Shown in pieces: positions 41,901 through 53,100 of a stretch of DNA of 64,000 nucleotides. Origin of the DNA: Octopus sinensis (taxonomy: Eukaryota); NCBI RefSeq assembly GCF_006345805.1, contig NC_043013.1, forward strand, positions 42,842,001 through 42,906,000, written 5' to 3'. The notes under the pieces were generated by a model. It saw only the letters and a program-made list of their open reading frames with translations, ran no database searches and was not told the origin of the DNA. The position numbers and the translations under genes are program-made. Within the stretch, counting starts at the first letter, position 1; every line of letters starts with the position of its first letter.

Positions 41901-43813
41901 GCACTAATTTCAACTCTCGTTTTTCATAACTGTATTGTTTCTCTCCAGGTAAACTGATAACTAACTGTTCAAAGAAGACTTCAAGAGTAACTAATAGTAA
42001 CTTCAGTTGAAAATGGACAAAATTTGGCATTGTGCTACATAAAGAGTTTAGCTCCCCCAAGTATATTCATGCTGATATGGCTATTACATAAGGGGATGAC
42101 ATTCCAGCTTTATCAAGAGTGCAAAAGTGGGCAACGGAATTTAGGAGAGGAAAGGAGAATCTTGAAGTTGACCTAAGAACTAAATGTCCTGCAACTAGCA
42201 CCACCAACAAAAACATTGACCATGTTCACCAAAAGCTAATGGATGACAGGTGACTGACTATATTGGCATATCCCATGACAGAGTTGAGAATATTCTGCAC
42301 TGGCACGAAAGTGGTTTCTACTACTCAGTGGGTGCTACATTTTCTAATACCTGATCAAAAGCACACCAGGCTGATCGCATCACAGGAAAATCTGACATTA
42401 AAGCAGAACTAGCTGGTTAATTTTTTCTTTTTTAAATTGAAAAAAATTTTTTAGAATCATAATCAGCGTATTTTTTCACGTATTTCGCAAAAAAAGAAAA
42501 AAAATTTGAAAAAGTTTTTTTAAAAAATGAAGAAACTGGGGAAAAGTGACGCTTTAAAATTTTTGCTAATTTTTTTTTCAGATTCGGAATCTCTAGCCGA
42601 AAGCATAGGTTTCTGTAGAAAAAAATAAAAATAAAAAAGCGGAAGGAGGTGTGATAGCGGACCGCCTTGCCCGCCGAAATTTTCTAGATTCCCTTCCGTT
42701 GGTGGTTATTACTATTTATTGTGAAAAGTCTTTTTTCTAGGGATGGGAGGAGAGGAGTTTTGGGAAAATCCGCAGGAGTCCGCTTTGTTTTCTCATAAAT
42801 TGCAGAAAAATCTGTTGTTAATGAAAATTTCTATGAAGACAGTATAAATTACTATGAGAAAACAAAGCGGACTCCTGTGAATTTTCCCAAACTCCTCCCC
42901 TCCCATCCCCAGAAAAATTACTTTTCACGATAAATAGTAACCATCGGAAGAGTATCTGTAGTAAATTTCATTGAAAAATAATCATTACTCTTGAATTTAC
43001 GAGGAAACAAAGTCGTCGGAGGGGGAGAGGCTCACTTCTGTCGGTATGCCAAAATATGGAATATAATAATGAGGGGGGAAATTTTTTTAATTTATTTTTT
43101 AATGGTGATGGTTCTGAGGATACAAGAGTACAACGTTAAAAACAAACTATGTATTTTTTATAAAAGGCTCCCCCCACCCCCCGCTTCCATCATTCTGAAA
43201 TGCGTGGTGCAACAGAAATTTTCAAAAATCCCGGCGGAAAGAGAGAAAATTCAACTTCTGTGGTTGAACTTGTTTCGAAACTCCGCCATTACTCATGTCT
43301 TTCGCCGTCCGTTTACAACTAAGTCACTGACACTGGATTTCCATTCGATTCCCGTAAATAGTGAAATGGTGCAGGTGAACGGGGAACAACACATGTACAA
43401 CGAAGGATGTTCATACTTGATAATAAATAATCAATTATGCTTTTATAAAATAATAACAAGTCATTACATGTTGTGTTTAAAATGGCTACAAATGACTTTT
43501 TCCGACAACGAAACCTTAATTTTCTTTCAATATTCGCATGTTTATTTTGATCTGTTCGACATTTTTGTACGAGTTTTGACGGTCCAAAAAACCTAAACAT
43601 TATTATACATATTGTACTGCTATGCCTTTATATATATTATATATAAACACCGTCGCTGATTATAAGATCTCTCCTACCTTTTCCAGACGTTCCAACAGCA
43701 CAGCCTTTACTCCAGTCTTGTCCAGACCTCGTTTTTTCCAGTCCACTGCGAAGATCCACAAACCTTAAGTCTTTTAACTCGTCACTGGAGATGTCACCAC
43801 CGACACAAGCCAG
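15531..43813 (-). CDS. SAFB: SAFB/SLTM-like gene, copy A (about 930 aa if started at the CTG at 43813; 5' end defective or atypical)
   Basis: Exons 5'->3': 43678-43813 (SAP, frameshifted), 40963-40991, 40370-40421, 39168-39199, 38412-38648, 38057-38090, 31191-31788, 29533-29573, 29292-29386, 26364-26513, 24845-24932, 23970-24101, 23224-23414, 22145-22308, 20257-20382, 18687-18797, 16999-17145, 16223-16362, 15531-15820. All are GT-AG and phase-compatible, total 2793 nt, no internal stop. [52 protein letters not shown]...[11 protein letters not shown] is diagnostic of SAFB; also ILSFDQIK and the E/R coiled coil. Confidence 0.9.
15964..16113. mobile_element. TTAA-flanked MITE (piggyBac-like), present in the last intron of both copies (also about 48920-49108)
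   Basis: ttaaccctttagcattcagatt...gtgttaa ends; related copies near 20.8 and 37.3 kb. Confidence 0.55.
26364..29386 (-). CDS. SAFB: Copy A RRM exons (29292-29386 and 26364-26513)
   Basis: RNP2 NLWVSGL and RNP1 RCYGFVTM, near-canonical SAFB RRM. Confidence 0.95.
26631..27024 (+). mobile_element. tRNA-derived SINE, family 1, full length
   Basis: tRNA-like head (gggttcagtccc B-box-like), internal (TA/TG)n, aaaagagt tail. Partial copies near 3.1, 10.5, 16.5, 24.4, 44.2 and 51.2 kb. Confidence 0.9.
27300..29150 (-). mobile_element. Highly decayed LINE (CR1/L2-like) reverse transcriptase remnant
   Basis: Fragmentary minus-strand translations resemble the RT-upstream and STGD-type motif region; many stops and frameshifts. 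Confidence 0.45.
32760..33650 (-). mobile_element. Decayed Tc1/mariner (maT/DD37D-like) transposase
   Basis: [29 protein letters not shown] (HTH-like) and GIVERDTN...[14 protein letters not shown] (catalytic C-terminal region), both disrupted. Confidence 0.7.
34203..35353 (+). mobile_element. Truncated Helitron with Pif1-like helicase C-terminal remnant (about 34690-35158)
   Basis: [24 protein letters not shown]...[10 protein letters not shown] and [24 protein letters not shown]...[10 protein letters not shown]. The element appears to start at A|TC and end at CTAG|T. Confidence 0.85.
35749..36638. repeat. Long imperfect inverted repeat (foldback/MITE-like), arms about 35749-36095 and 36243-36638
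   Basis: cataactagattcctgtccccgcc... pairs with ...ggggcgggcaggaatctgtagttatg along about 350 bp, with one indel. Confidence 0.85.
41064..41306. repeat. 16-bp minisatellite (a[t/c]atatacatagacaa)n, about 15 copies
   Basis: Directly visible periodicity. Confidence 0.95.
41880..42420 (+). mobile_element. Decayed mariner 5' half
   Basis: From ATG at about 42013 (MDKIWH...), motifs [20 protein letters not shown] and [13 protein letters not shown] correspond to the mariner HTH region. Confidence 0.8.
42676..42969. repeat. Palindromic MITE-like hairpin, arms about 125 bp, loop about 45 bp
   Basis: 42676-42800 is the imperfect reverse complement of 42845-42969. Confidence 0.85.
43678..43813 (-). 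pseudogene. SAFB: SAP-domain exon of copy A with +1 frameshift and no in-frame ATG
   Basis: [15 protein letters not shown], then an extra A in an A6 run, then [18 protein letters not shown] followed by a gtagga donor. An upstream in-frame TGA with no ATG between. Confidence 0.75.
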
Positions 43814-43991
43814 GGTACGATGTATTATTATTATTATGTGCGTAAGTCAACGACGAGAGATGTTGACCCACTGGCTTCACGTTGAAGCAGAAACTTATTA
43901 AGGACGCAATACTGTGTTAATATTTATCCATATATACAACAGTTAACTCCCTTTTGTCGCGGTGACGTTGAAGCTACTTCTTTTGTTGTTG

Positions 43992-44005
43992 CCACCAGAT
44001 GGCAC
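43992..44005 (+). promoter_or_regulatory. CTCF-like motif
   Basis: CCACCAGATGGCAC matches the core consensus CCASYAGRKGGCRS at all positions. Confidence 0.5.
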
Positions 44006-44544
44006 AAGTGTCAAAATTAAATGTATCGTTATGGCAATGATCGTCTGCTTTTTAATAGTCTTCTCATTCTTGCTGCTTATAATGCGTTTCTGAAAATCGT
44101 AAGGTAGAGTTCCTTTACAAGAAACGGGTTATAATTGAGATGCATTCCGATGGACTCTTTTTTTTTGTTTTTATTTTGAAAGAAAAAACTACAAAGCTTT
44201 TTTTTTTTGAGAAGCTTGCTTTACAGCCAAATGGTTCTGGGTTCAGTCCTACGGCGCTGCACTTGGGTAAATGTCTACTACTTTAGCCCCGGAGGAGACC
44301 AATACCTAGTGAATCTGGTGAATGAAAACCGAGGAAGCCCTTCGTTTATCGATATTATGCTTGTGTTTGTCTACGACAGCTTCACAACCGGTGATCATTT
44401 ATTTACGTCCCCTGTAATTTATTGTTCAGCAAAAAGAGCCGCGATTCAATACGTGCCTGGCCTTAAAAAATATGCACTGCGGTTGATTTGTGCCACTAAA
44501 CCCTTCAAAACAGTGCCCCAGCTTTGTAAATAAAAGATCTAAGT

Positions 44545-45091
44545 CAGTGGTTCTCAACCGGGATTCATGTTGCCTCTGAGGGTCTATATAGAATTTTAGG
44601 GGGTCCACGTAATAAAATAGTAAGTTTGGAATTCACAATAATATTTAAAGGGCCCCTGAAGAAATTTTTGATTTAGATGTATGCATTGGTATGTAATGTA
44701 TTCACCTCAATAGACGTCATTAATTGGTTGAAATTGCCGAAATGCAAGAAATTTAACAACAAATAGCTTACAAACTACAGAATTTTCTCAAGAAAGCCAG
44801 GAGAAAAAGATGTTTTATGTAACACATTCTACCAGTACACAAAGTTTAAAAGTATTTAGTTACAAAGAAATTATTTTTTAAATCTGCCGGTCAAAGTGAA
44901 AAGATCCGAAACAGATAGGTTTATTTCTCTAACATTTTACATAGTTTCACCTACACAAGTTAAAATGAAAACCAAAATAGGAATTTTAAAAGAAATTTCT
45001 ATAATCTTAAACATCAAATGGCTATAGGAGCCCACCAGAATAAGATAGTAATGAAAGGGGTCCATAGATAAAATATGGTTGAGAACCCCTG
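44545..45091. mobile_element. hAT (Charlie-like) MITE
   Basis: TIRs CAGTGGTTCTCAACC / GGTTGAGAACCCCTG and an 8-bp TSD atctaagt/atctaaat. The interior resembles the repeat at about 7870-8100. Confidence 0.85.
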
Positions 45092-48000
45092 ATCTAAATA
45101 AAAGTACTTTTATGCAAAAAAAATTTTTAAACGCAATTTAGTGTGTAGACATGAAGCATTTGAAAAGAAATTCATATAGACAGAAATAAGGCTGATATAG
45201 TGCTGTAGAGTACATACTGATCACAAGAAATTGCTGCCGTTTAGTGGGAGAAGATAGAGATCCATCTTCTCCCTCTCAAGTGTATATCAGCAAGATCTAT
45301 TTCGTGGATGAAGAACTTATCCAAACTTGTTCGCAGTTACAGGACCCCCATCTCCTTGTATAGCTAGTGTAAGACTTCAATCTATCATGGACTCCTCGTA
45401 AATTTTATGTTATGTTAACAATTAGGATCATTATCACTAATGACCAGAAAACCTTCCTCTATTGGTGCAACTCCTCAGCCATCTTTTTACAATTTGTATT
45501 ACAATGGTAAGTCTGTAATAAACACTCACGATAATAATTGCTATCTCCTGTAAAACAGCTACTCATTGCTAGAGTTTCTATGTGGTCATTTGGCCTGCTT
45601 GAAATAGCTGCCAAATCTCACTCGAATCAAACCCCATCATTTCAATGTAATCTTACATACAGTTAAAAGAATTCGAATGGTCATGGTGGGAATGCCATTT
45701 ATCATGGGGCTGTTTGAACTAAGCTGACATGGTATTACAAAGCAATTGCTTTCACAATCACTGGTCTTTGTGTTCAGCATTCTTTTTTCACAAAATTTGT
45801 TTGTAAATCTTAGAAGCAAAAAATCTTACCTCAGTACAACCAGTCAGAATGGTAGCTTCAATCACATGGAGCTTAAGAGTTTTTGACAGGTAATCTCGTT
45901 TTATTAGCTTTGTTATCAAATTTGTTAACACCATACTAGATGATTCCAATTTCATTTGAATATCATGAAAGACATCAGTGGGTTGAAGAGAATTGAAAAG
46001 CTGTGTCAGTCAGCAGCATCATTAAACTAAATTACATAAAACTACATTCACCTCTAGTCCAGTTTCTACCCACCTTCCACACTCTTATGAAATTACCCAC
46101 CATTTACTTCCCCATCCCTGATCCACAGTCTATATTCTCCCTTATACTCATCTTCTTGTATCTTGAGAGTATGCTCTAGCATCCAGTCACCAACATCTTT
46201 ATGACTTCCTCCCAGCAACTCTCAGCCATCCTTGTATAATGTGAGATAGCCATTTATTTCCTCTACAGCAAGAGACCTGTGTCTGTCTTTCTATCATATT
46301 TAAGTTTTCAACACCTGGCATAAAGCCACCTCTCCTCTCAGACACACTCCTACACAGTCGAGGGGGGTTTTCCCTTTCTTTTGCAAGTTCTTTGGTGACC
46401 ACACTTGTGCCAATGTTGCAAGAAAAGCATCCAGTACACTTTGTAAAGTGGTTGTCATGAAGAAGGGCACCCAGCCATACAAACCACACCCAAGATAAAA
46501 TTGGAGCCTGACACAGCTTATCAGATACTTTCAAACCATACAATTTGTTGTGGCGAGAATCATCAACACCCCTGGCGGATTGGACAATGGACTAGTCGAA
46601 CTCTTATAAAGAGTAGTAGTGGGGAGAGAATTTTGGTATACTTGGGAAGTACATCCTTTGAACACATTGATTAAACCTCCGCTGCATAATTTTATATATA
46701 CCACCTGTGGCAGGATATAAAGGATACATACACACAAGCAAATAAAGGAACCTTTTTTAAATTTTCATTTATTTGCTTGTGTGTATCATCATCATCATTT
46801 AACGTCCGTTTTCCATGCTAGCATGGGTTGGACGGTTTTGACTGAGGGCTGGCAACCAGATGGCTGCACCAAGCTCCAGTCTTGATCTGGCAGAATTTCT
46901 ACAGCTGGATGCCCTTCCTAATGCCAACCACTCCGAGAGTGTAGTGGGTGCTGTATCTTTTATATCCTGCTACAGGTTGGTATATATAAAATTATGCAGC
47001 GGAGGTTTAATCAATGCGTTCAAACGAGGTACTTCACGAGTCTACCAAAACACTCCCAACTACTACTCTTTATAAGAGTTCGGCTAGTCCATTCTCCAAT
47101 CCACCAGGGGTGTCAATGACTCTCGCCACAACACAATTCATGCCAACATAATAAAAAGATATTAAATGATGATGATGATGACTGTATAAACTGAGTTGTA
47201 CACCTTGGACTGGACTGTATCTGTTGAATAATGGCAGAATACCCTGCACAATGTAATTTTGTGGAGTTAGGATGGATATTTCAAAAAGCCACCCTTAGTT
47301 TCTATAATTTTGCAAGAAGCTAGACTAAATATTTAATAGTATTTCTTAAAATGTTGATGATTGTGTAACAAATTTTTGATTTTGTTTATATTCCCACAAT
47401 TCTATTCTCGGGGTCAGTTAGTAGCTGATGCAGCTCTCATGCTTGTAGGAATAAAAAGTTTTACTCTTATCTTTAAATATAAGTTTATTTGAGACATCCT
47501 CTCCACTCATCAGCAGATGTATTATTCGAGATGATTGTCTGAGTCTGCCTCAAATAACTGGAGAACAATTTTACATATGATGTGGGTGTTACTTCTGTGA
47601 GCTTGTAAGGTATGATTGACAGCCTCAAATGCAAGTCTGTGAGACATCATGCACTCATACTTTTAGTTAGGTCTACTTCAGGATCCCTACTTTTCTAAAT
47701 CATCTGCCAATATTGCATACAGGAGTGTCATTGTGTGCAAGGTTCAGTAACAGCTGATAGCAAAAACAACAGGTCCTGCCACCTGTGAGCAAAGTTGCAG
47801 CAATTCCAAAAGAGGTCACCACAGAAACAATCTCTTTGAGTGAATGAACTTTTTGTGGAAATTAAGTCAAGCAAAAGTTGTCAAAATTAGGTCGATAGCA
47901 AAATCAAACATTTTGACTGTTCTGCCAGAAGCTTCAAGGTAAACAAAACTGTGACATGTTGAAAGAGAGTGAGAAAGAGGATAGATAAAAGAGTGACATG

Positions 48001-48187
48001 GCAAAGCCAGAGGAGGTAAAGAAGAAACATATTGAAAGAAAGGCATGAGGAATACATACAGAATGAATAAAAATGACAAATATAATACCTTACAAGTGTT
48101 TTATAGTGAATAAAATTTTATTTCTCCATATATTAATTTCTATGTGGTCTCTTTCCACTTCCTTATTTGTTGCTCTTCTCTATATAA

Positions 48188-48218
<31 letters not shown>

Positions 48219-48474
48219 CATGACTGTGTGTAAAAATATGGAAGGACAGAAATATGACTGAATGTCCAAGAACCAAGCACCAGGTGGCAATTGGAATGAA
48301 AGACGTGGGTGATGTATGGCTGTAGGGCAGAGTTTTATTGTCTGTCTGAAATTCCATCTGCCACTCCAAAATCAAACACGTCAACATGACTTTCACACCT
48401 CAATCCTCAATTTGGATTTCATATAGACCCAATAATATTATAAATATCAAAACTAGGTTCTTCCATATGTCTAT

Positions 48475-50079
48475 TCATATACCACCACCACCCCTATGTG
48501 AAACCATGAGCCCACTATGCACCTGTGAGTTACCAAACATGTTGCCACGTCCAAAGTACTGCCCCATCCCCCCACTGTTACCACTTCGACTACTGTTAAC
48601 AAATGCTCCGGTGGCATCACGTCCTGTTTTGTTCATGGGGTTATTAAGCCACGGTCCATTGGGTTGGTTCATGCCACTGTTGCCAATGTCTCCATGCATG
48701 TGGGACCAGTTGTCCATTTTTCTATCTACACTGCCGGAATCCCAAGGAGATCTCTGGTCAGGTCCATCACCTAAAAGGAAAAGAACAGAAAAGGTAGCAT
48801 TTAAAGATATACAAATATGAAAAATGAAAAGTTCAATGAATTAACTATAGAACAGAATAAACAGGAGAATGTAGATGAATGAATGCAAAGACAGAGAGAT
48901 ATGGAGGAAAATAGGGCTTTACCCTTTAGCATTCAGATTACTCAGTCAAATGTTTCTTTATTCACATTCTTTTGAATTAATCATGCATTATCTTGTAGCT
49001 TTGAGATTGCAATGAAGTGATTCTATATTTTGAGAATGACATTGTAGAGTTGGTATGAGAAGACAGATATGGTTGAATATAAAACATAATATAGCCAGCT
49101 TAAATGAGAAAACGTTAAAAGAGAAAAATAGAGGGACAGCTACAAAATGGTGGAGGATGGAGGTGAAGCTTTATTTGAGAGAGAAGGAGAGAAAAATGAT
49201 TAAAACAAGCAGAAACTTACCTAAAGAATTTCTGCCCAGTCTATTGTGAGTTGATGTGTTTTGTTGGTCATTATCACATCCTCGGTCGGGACCAATATAT
49301 CTTCTATCAGGTTCTCCACTAGGTCCCGTATCTCTTCTTAACTCAAAGGGCACCCTGGAAATGAATCCATGTATACAAGCTGAGCAATCAATCAACATTC
49401 ACCTATATACTTAGAGCCTTGTGCTTACATCAACACTGACCCATACAGAGACTGGCATACATGCCAACACCAATCCACAATACACCAAAACTGAGCTGTA
49501 TAGAAACTAGTGTATACACCGAGTCTGATTGATATGACGATTGATGTTTATAATAATACATACTAGCAAATGTGATGATCTGTATAAAGGCATAAGATCA
49601 AAACCAAAAATTAAGATCTAAAAAAACAAATTACCAATTGAATTTTTCATCATTTCGAGAATGGTTATCAATTTGTCCTTCACCTCTGACTCGTGTATTG
49701 TGAAAAGGACCCATCTCCATTCTCATCATTTCTCTTTCTTTATGTTCATCACAGCGACTTCCACCTTCCCTTCTATTGTACCGTTCACTTCCATAATCTG
49801 TATTCTCATATTCATTATACCTGAGAACGAAAATGAGAGATGAAATGAGATGTATTTTATATATACATATATATATATATATATACATACATATACATAC
49901 ATATACATACATACATATATATCATCATCATCATCATCATTTAGCGTCCGTTTTCCATGCTAGCATGGGTTGGACGGTTTAACTGGGGTCTGTGAAGCCG
50001 GAAAGCTTCATCAGGCCCAGTCAGATTTGGCAGTGTTTCTACAGCTGGATGCCCTTCCTAACGCCAACTGGCGTATATA

Positions 50080-50174
<95 letters not shown>

Positions 50175-53100
50175 TGCAAGGAAATATGATGACTGTTACA
50201 TTAATGATGCTCATTAAGGCAGAAACATGTTCTGAGCTGCCCTCTTGTTTTCAAAGAAAACAGACTGCCTTTTCCTTAATGGTATATTAATTTGGGAGAA
50301 TTCTTGATTCTTGATATTGTATCTCTTTCTCATTCAGAATCAGTAGCAATTACCAGCAGGTCTTTGTTTACCTTCTCTCAAAGCAAAGATAATTTCTATA
50401 AATCAGAATTGATTTTGTATGATATTTAGAATACTTTTATTCACTTTGTTCTTGAAATTCATGCTACTAACCAGTGAGTTCACACACACACACACACACA
50501 CTCCTCACAGTTACAAACATTATATATCTTGAACATATTTTAACCTCTCATTGCTTAGGATACAGCTGCCTCCATTGTTACTGCAGTCACATTTGGTCAA
50601 ATAAAAAAAAACCCACTTAATCAAAGAAACCATGTCAAAACAGGTACTAGAGCACGATGCAGTCCTTCACTGCACCAGATCCTGTCAATCTGCCCATGTC
50701 AGCATGAAAGATGGATATTAAAAGATGATTACCCTCACCACTGATCAAATCGACCATATTTTAAGAAACAGCTCAATGCAAATACAAATGCAGATGTGAA
50801 ATTTTATTAACCACATAACTGATGCCTGCATGGCTGTGAGGTTAAGAAGCTTACTGCCCAAATCTGTGGTCCTGGGTTCAGTCCTAATACCTCAGGCCCA
50901 TGAAAGCCTTGTGAGTTGATTTCAGAAACTGAACGAAACCAATAGTATATAAATGTGTGTGTGTGTAACTTCTGTTGACATCATGTGATGGTTGTAAATG
51001 AGCATCACCGTCATAACAGGGGTGTTGCTTGTTTCTAGTCTTCCATGAAAAAAACATGCCTCACCAGAGAATCTACCTTAACAAATTCTGTCTGATCCAT
51101 GCAAGCTTCAATATGTGCTTGTATTTCATCAAAAGGCCCAATTAAACATAAGATGGAACCAGATCGATGTATATCATGAAAAATAGTGTTGTGATACTGG
51201 ACAAATTTAGGCACAGAGTAGCTGTGCAGTTTCTGGTTCAGTACTGCTGCGTGAAACTTTGGCCAAGTGTCTTCCACTATACCCTAGCCCAACCAATACA
51301 TTGCAAGTGGATTTGATAAATAAAAACTATGCTGAAGCCTATCATATACATGAACACACACATATGTGTGTATGTGTGTGAGTGTCTTTGTGTCCATCTT
51401 TGTTCTCTATCACTGTTTGACAGCTAGTATTTGTTTATGTCTTTATGTCCTCGTAACTTAGCAGTTCAGCAAAAAACACTGGTAGGATAAGTACCAGAGT
51501 CGATTTGTCCAACTAAATCCATTGAGGCAGTGCTCCAGGTTGGCTGCTTTCTTTTTTGCCTAAACTAAAACAAGAGGCAAGAAAAAAGAAAACCAGTGGG
51601 GGAAGGAACAAAACGATACAGAAGCACACACACACACAAGCCAGGTAATAAGAAATCAATGACAACATATTGCCTCCATTTGCAGCTTACTGTGATTCAT
51701 CCTGGAATGGAAGTTCAAATCTAGACGGGTTACCAGAAGCGCTCATCCTGGATTGTTTATGTTCATCCCAGAGTTCTCTATCATGAAAACCACTTCGATC
51801 ATGAGGTCTTTTGGCGGAATATCTCATTTCTTCAAACCTGATATTAAACAAAAAACAGCAAAATCAAGTAATTAGCAACTGTACTAAATGACAGGCAGCT
51901 AAAAGATAAGGTAGTAAATAACTTTAGCTTTTAACAATTAACAACCAGGACACCAGTTTTGAAAATGTTGCCTCTATGTAGCCATTACACATACTAGAAA
52001 TAGCACCCAAAGCTTCCTCAAATCATCTTCAACTACCTTGAAAGAAAAACAAAATGTTTAATGCATTGGATAATGTAGTCCGACATTATGTCTAGAAGAA
52101 AAACAAAGATCTAAAATAGAAAAGAAAAGTAGAATGACCATAGCTGGAACTCATTTGATTATAGGTTTGCTCCATCTGGGGCTAACTTAGACTAAACAGA
52201 ACCACCACCAATGAGTTAATACCCACGTAACAAAAAACAAGGTAGTAAACATTCCCCAAATGAAGAATACAGACGGCATATCAATGCAGATAATGGGATT
52301 AATGCTAATCCCATTATCTTGCTACTAAGTAGCTAAAGACCATCACAATAAACGATCCCACGCTAATATATAAAATTACTTTGTAGGCTTGCAGTTGTCA
52401 TTGACTATTTAAAACTGATCTAGCAGACATACAATGTAAAGTATTCCCTGCAGTCACGGAATGTGAAGATTTGGCTGTTACTGCTAGCAGATCAAGTAAT
52501 TGCACCACATACATGCTTCCTCAGGCCATCTATAACTATCATTATTATTATTACTAAGGTGGCGAGCTGGCAGAATCATTAGCATGCTGGCCGAAATGCT
52601 TAGCGGTATTTCACCCATCGCTCTCTACCAGGTTCAAATTCCACCAAGGTCGAGTTTGCCGTTCATCCCTTTGGAGTTAATAAAAATAAGTACCAGTTGA
52701 AAACTAGGGTCAATGTAATCAACTCATCCTCTTCCCCCAAAATATCTGCCCTTGGGACAAAATTTGAAACCATTATTATTATTATCATTAGACTGCAGTT
52801 GTGTTAAATATGATGTTGGGTAAGTAAGTCAGAAAGGACATTAGCACCACTGATTCATTGTCTTGCTTCCTCCATTATGAGATCAACAGATGAGCACATT
52901 ACAATATCTTTTCATACATTCGTTATCATCTCACACATGAATCTCATTTGAAGTTACTTTCCACTATTAGGAAAAGTCCTACATCGTAATCATCAATTGT
53001 CGTCATTTAACATCTGCTTTCCATACTAGAATGGGTTGGACGGTTTGACTGTGGGCTAGTGAACCAGATGGCTGCACCAGGCTCCAGTCTTGATCTGGCA

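Noticed and set aside
43230-43300. Alternative ATG first exon for copy A ([14 protein letters not shown] / MAEFRNK)
   Set aside because: Both frames stop within about 25 codons without a credible donor. AATGGCG is more simply a YY1-like motif.
42991-43596. Longest plus-strand ORF in the track (201 aa, non-ATG start)
   Set aside because: It lies antisense in SAFB intron 1, is AT-rich and has no recognisable domain, so it is likely a chance ORF.
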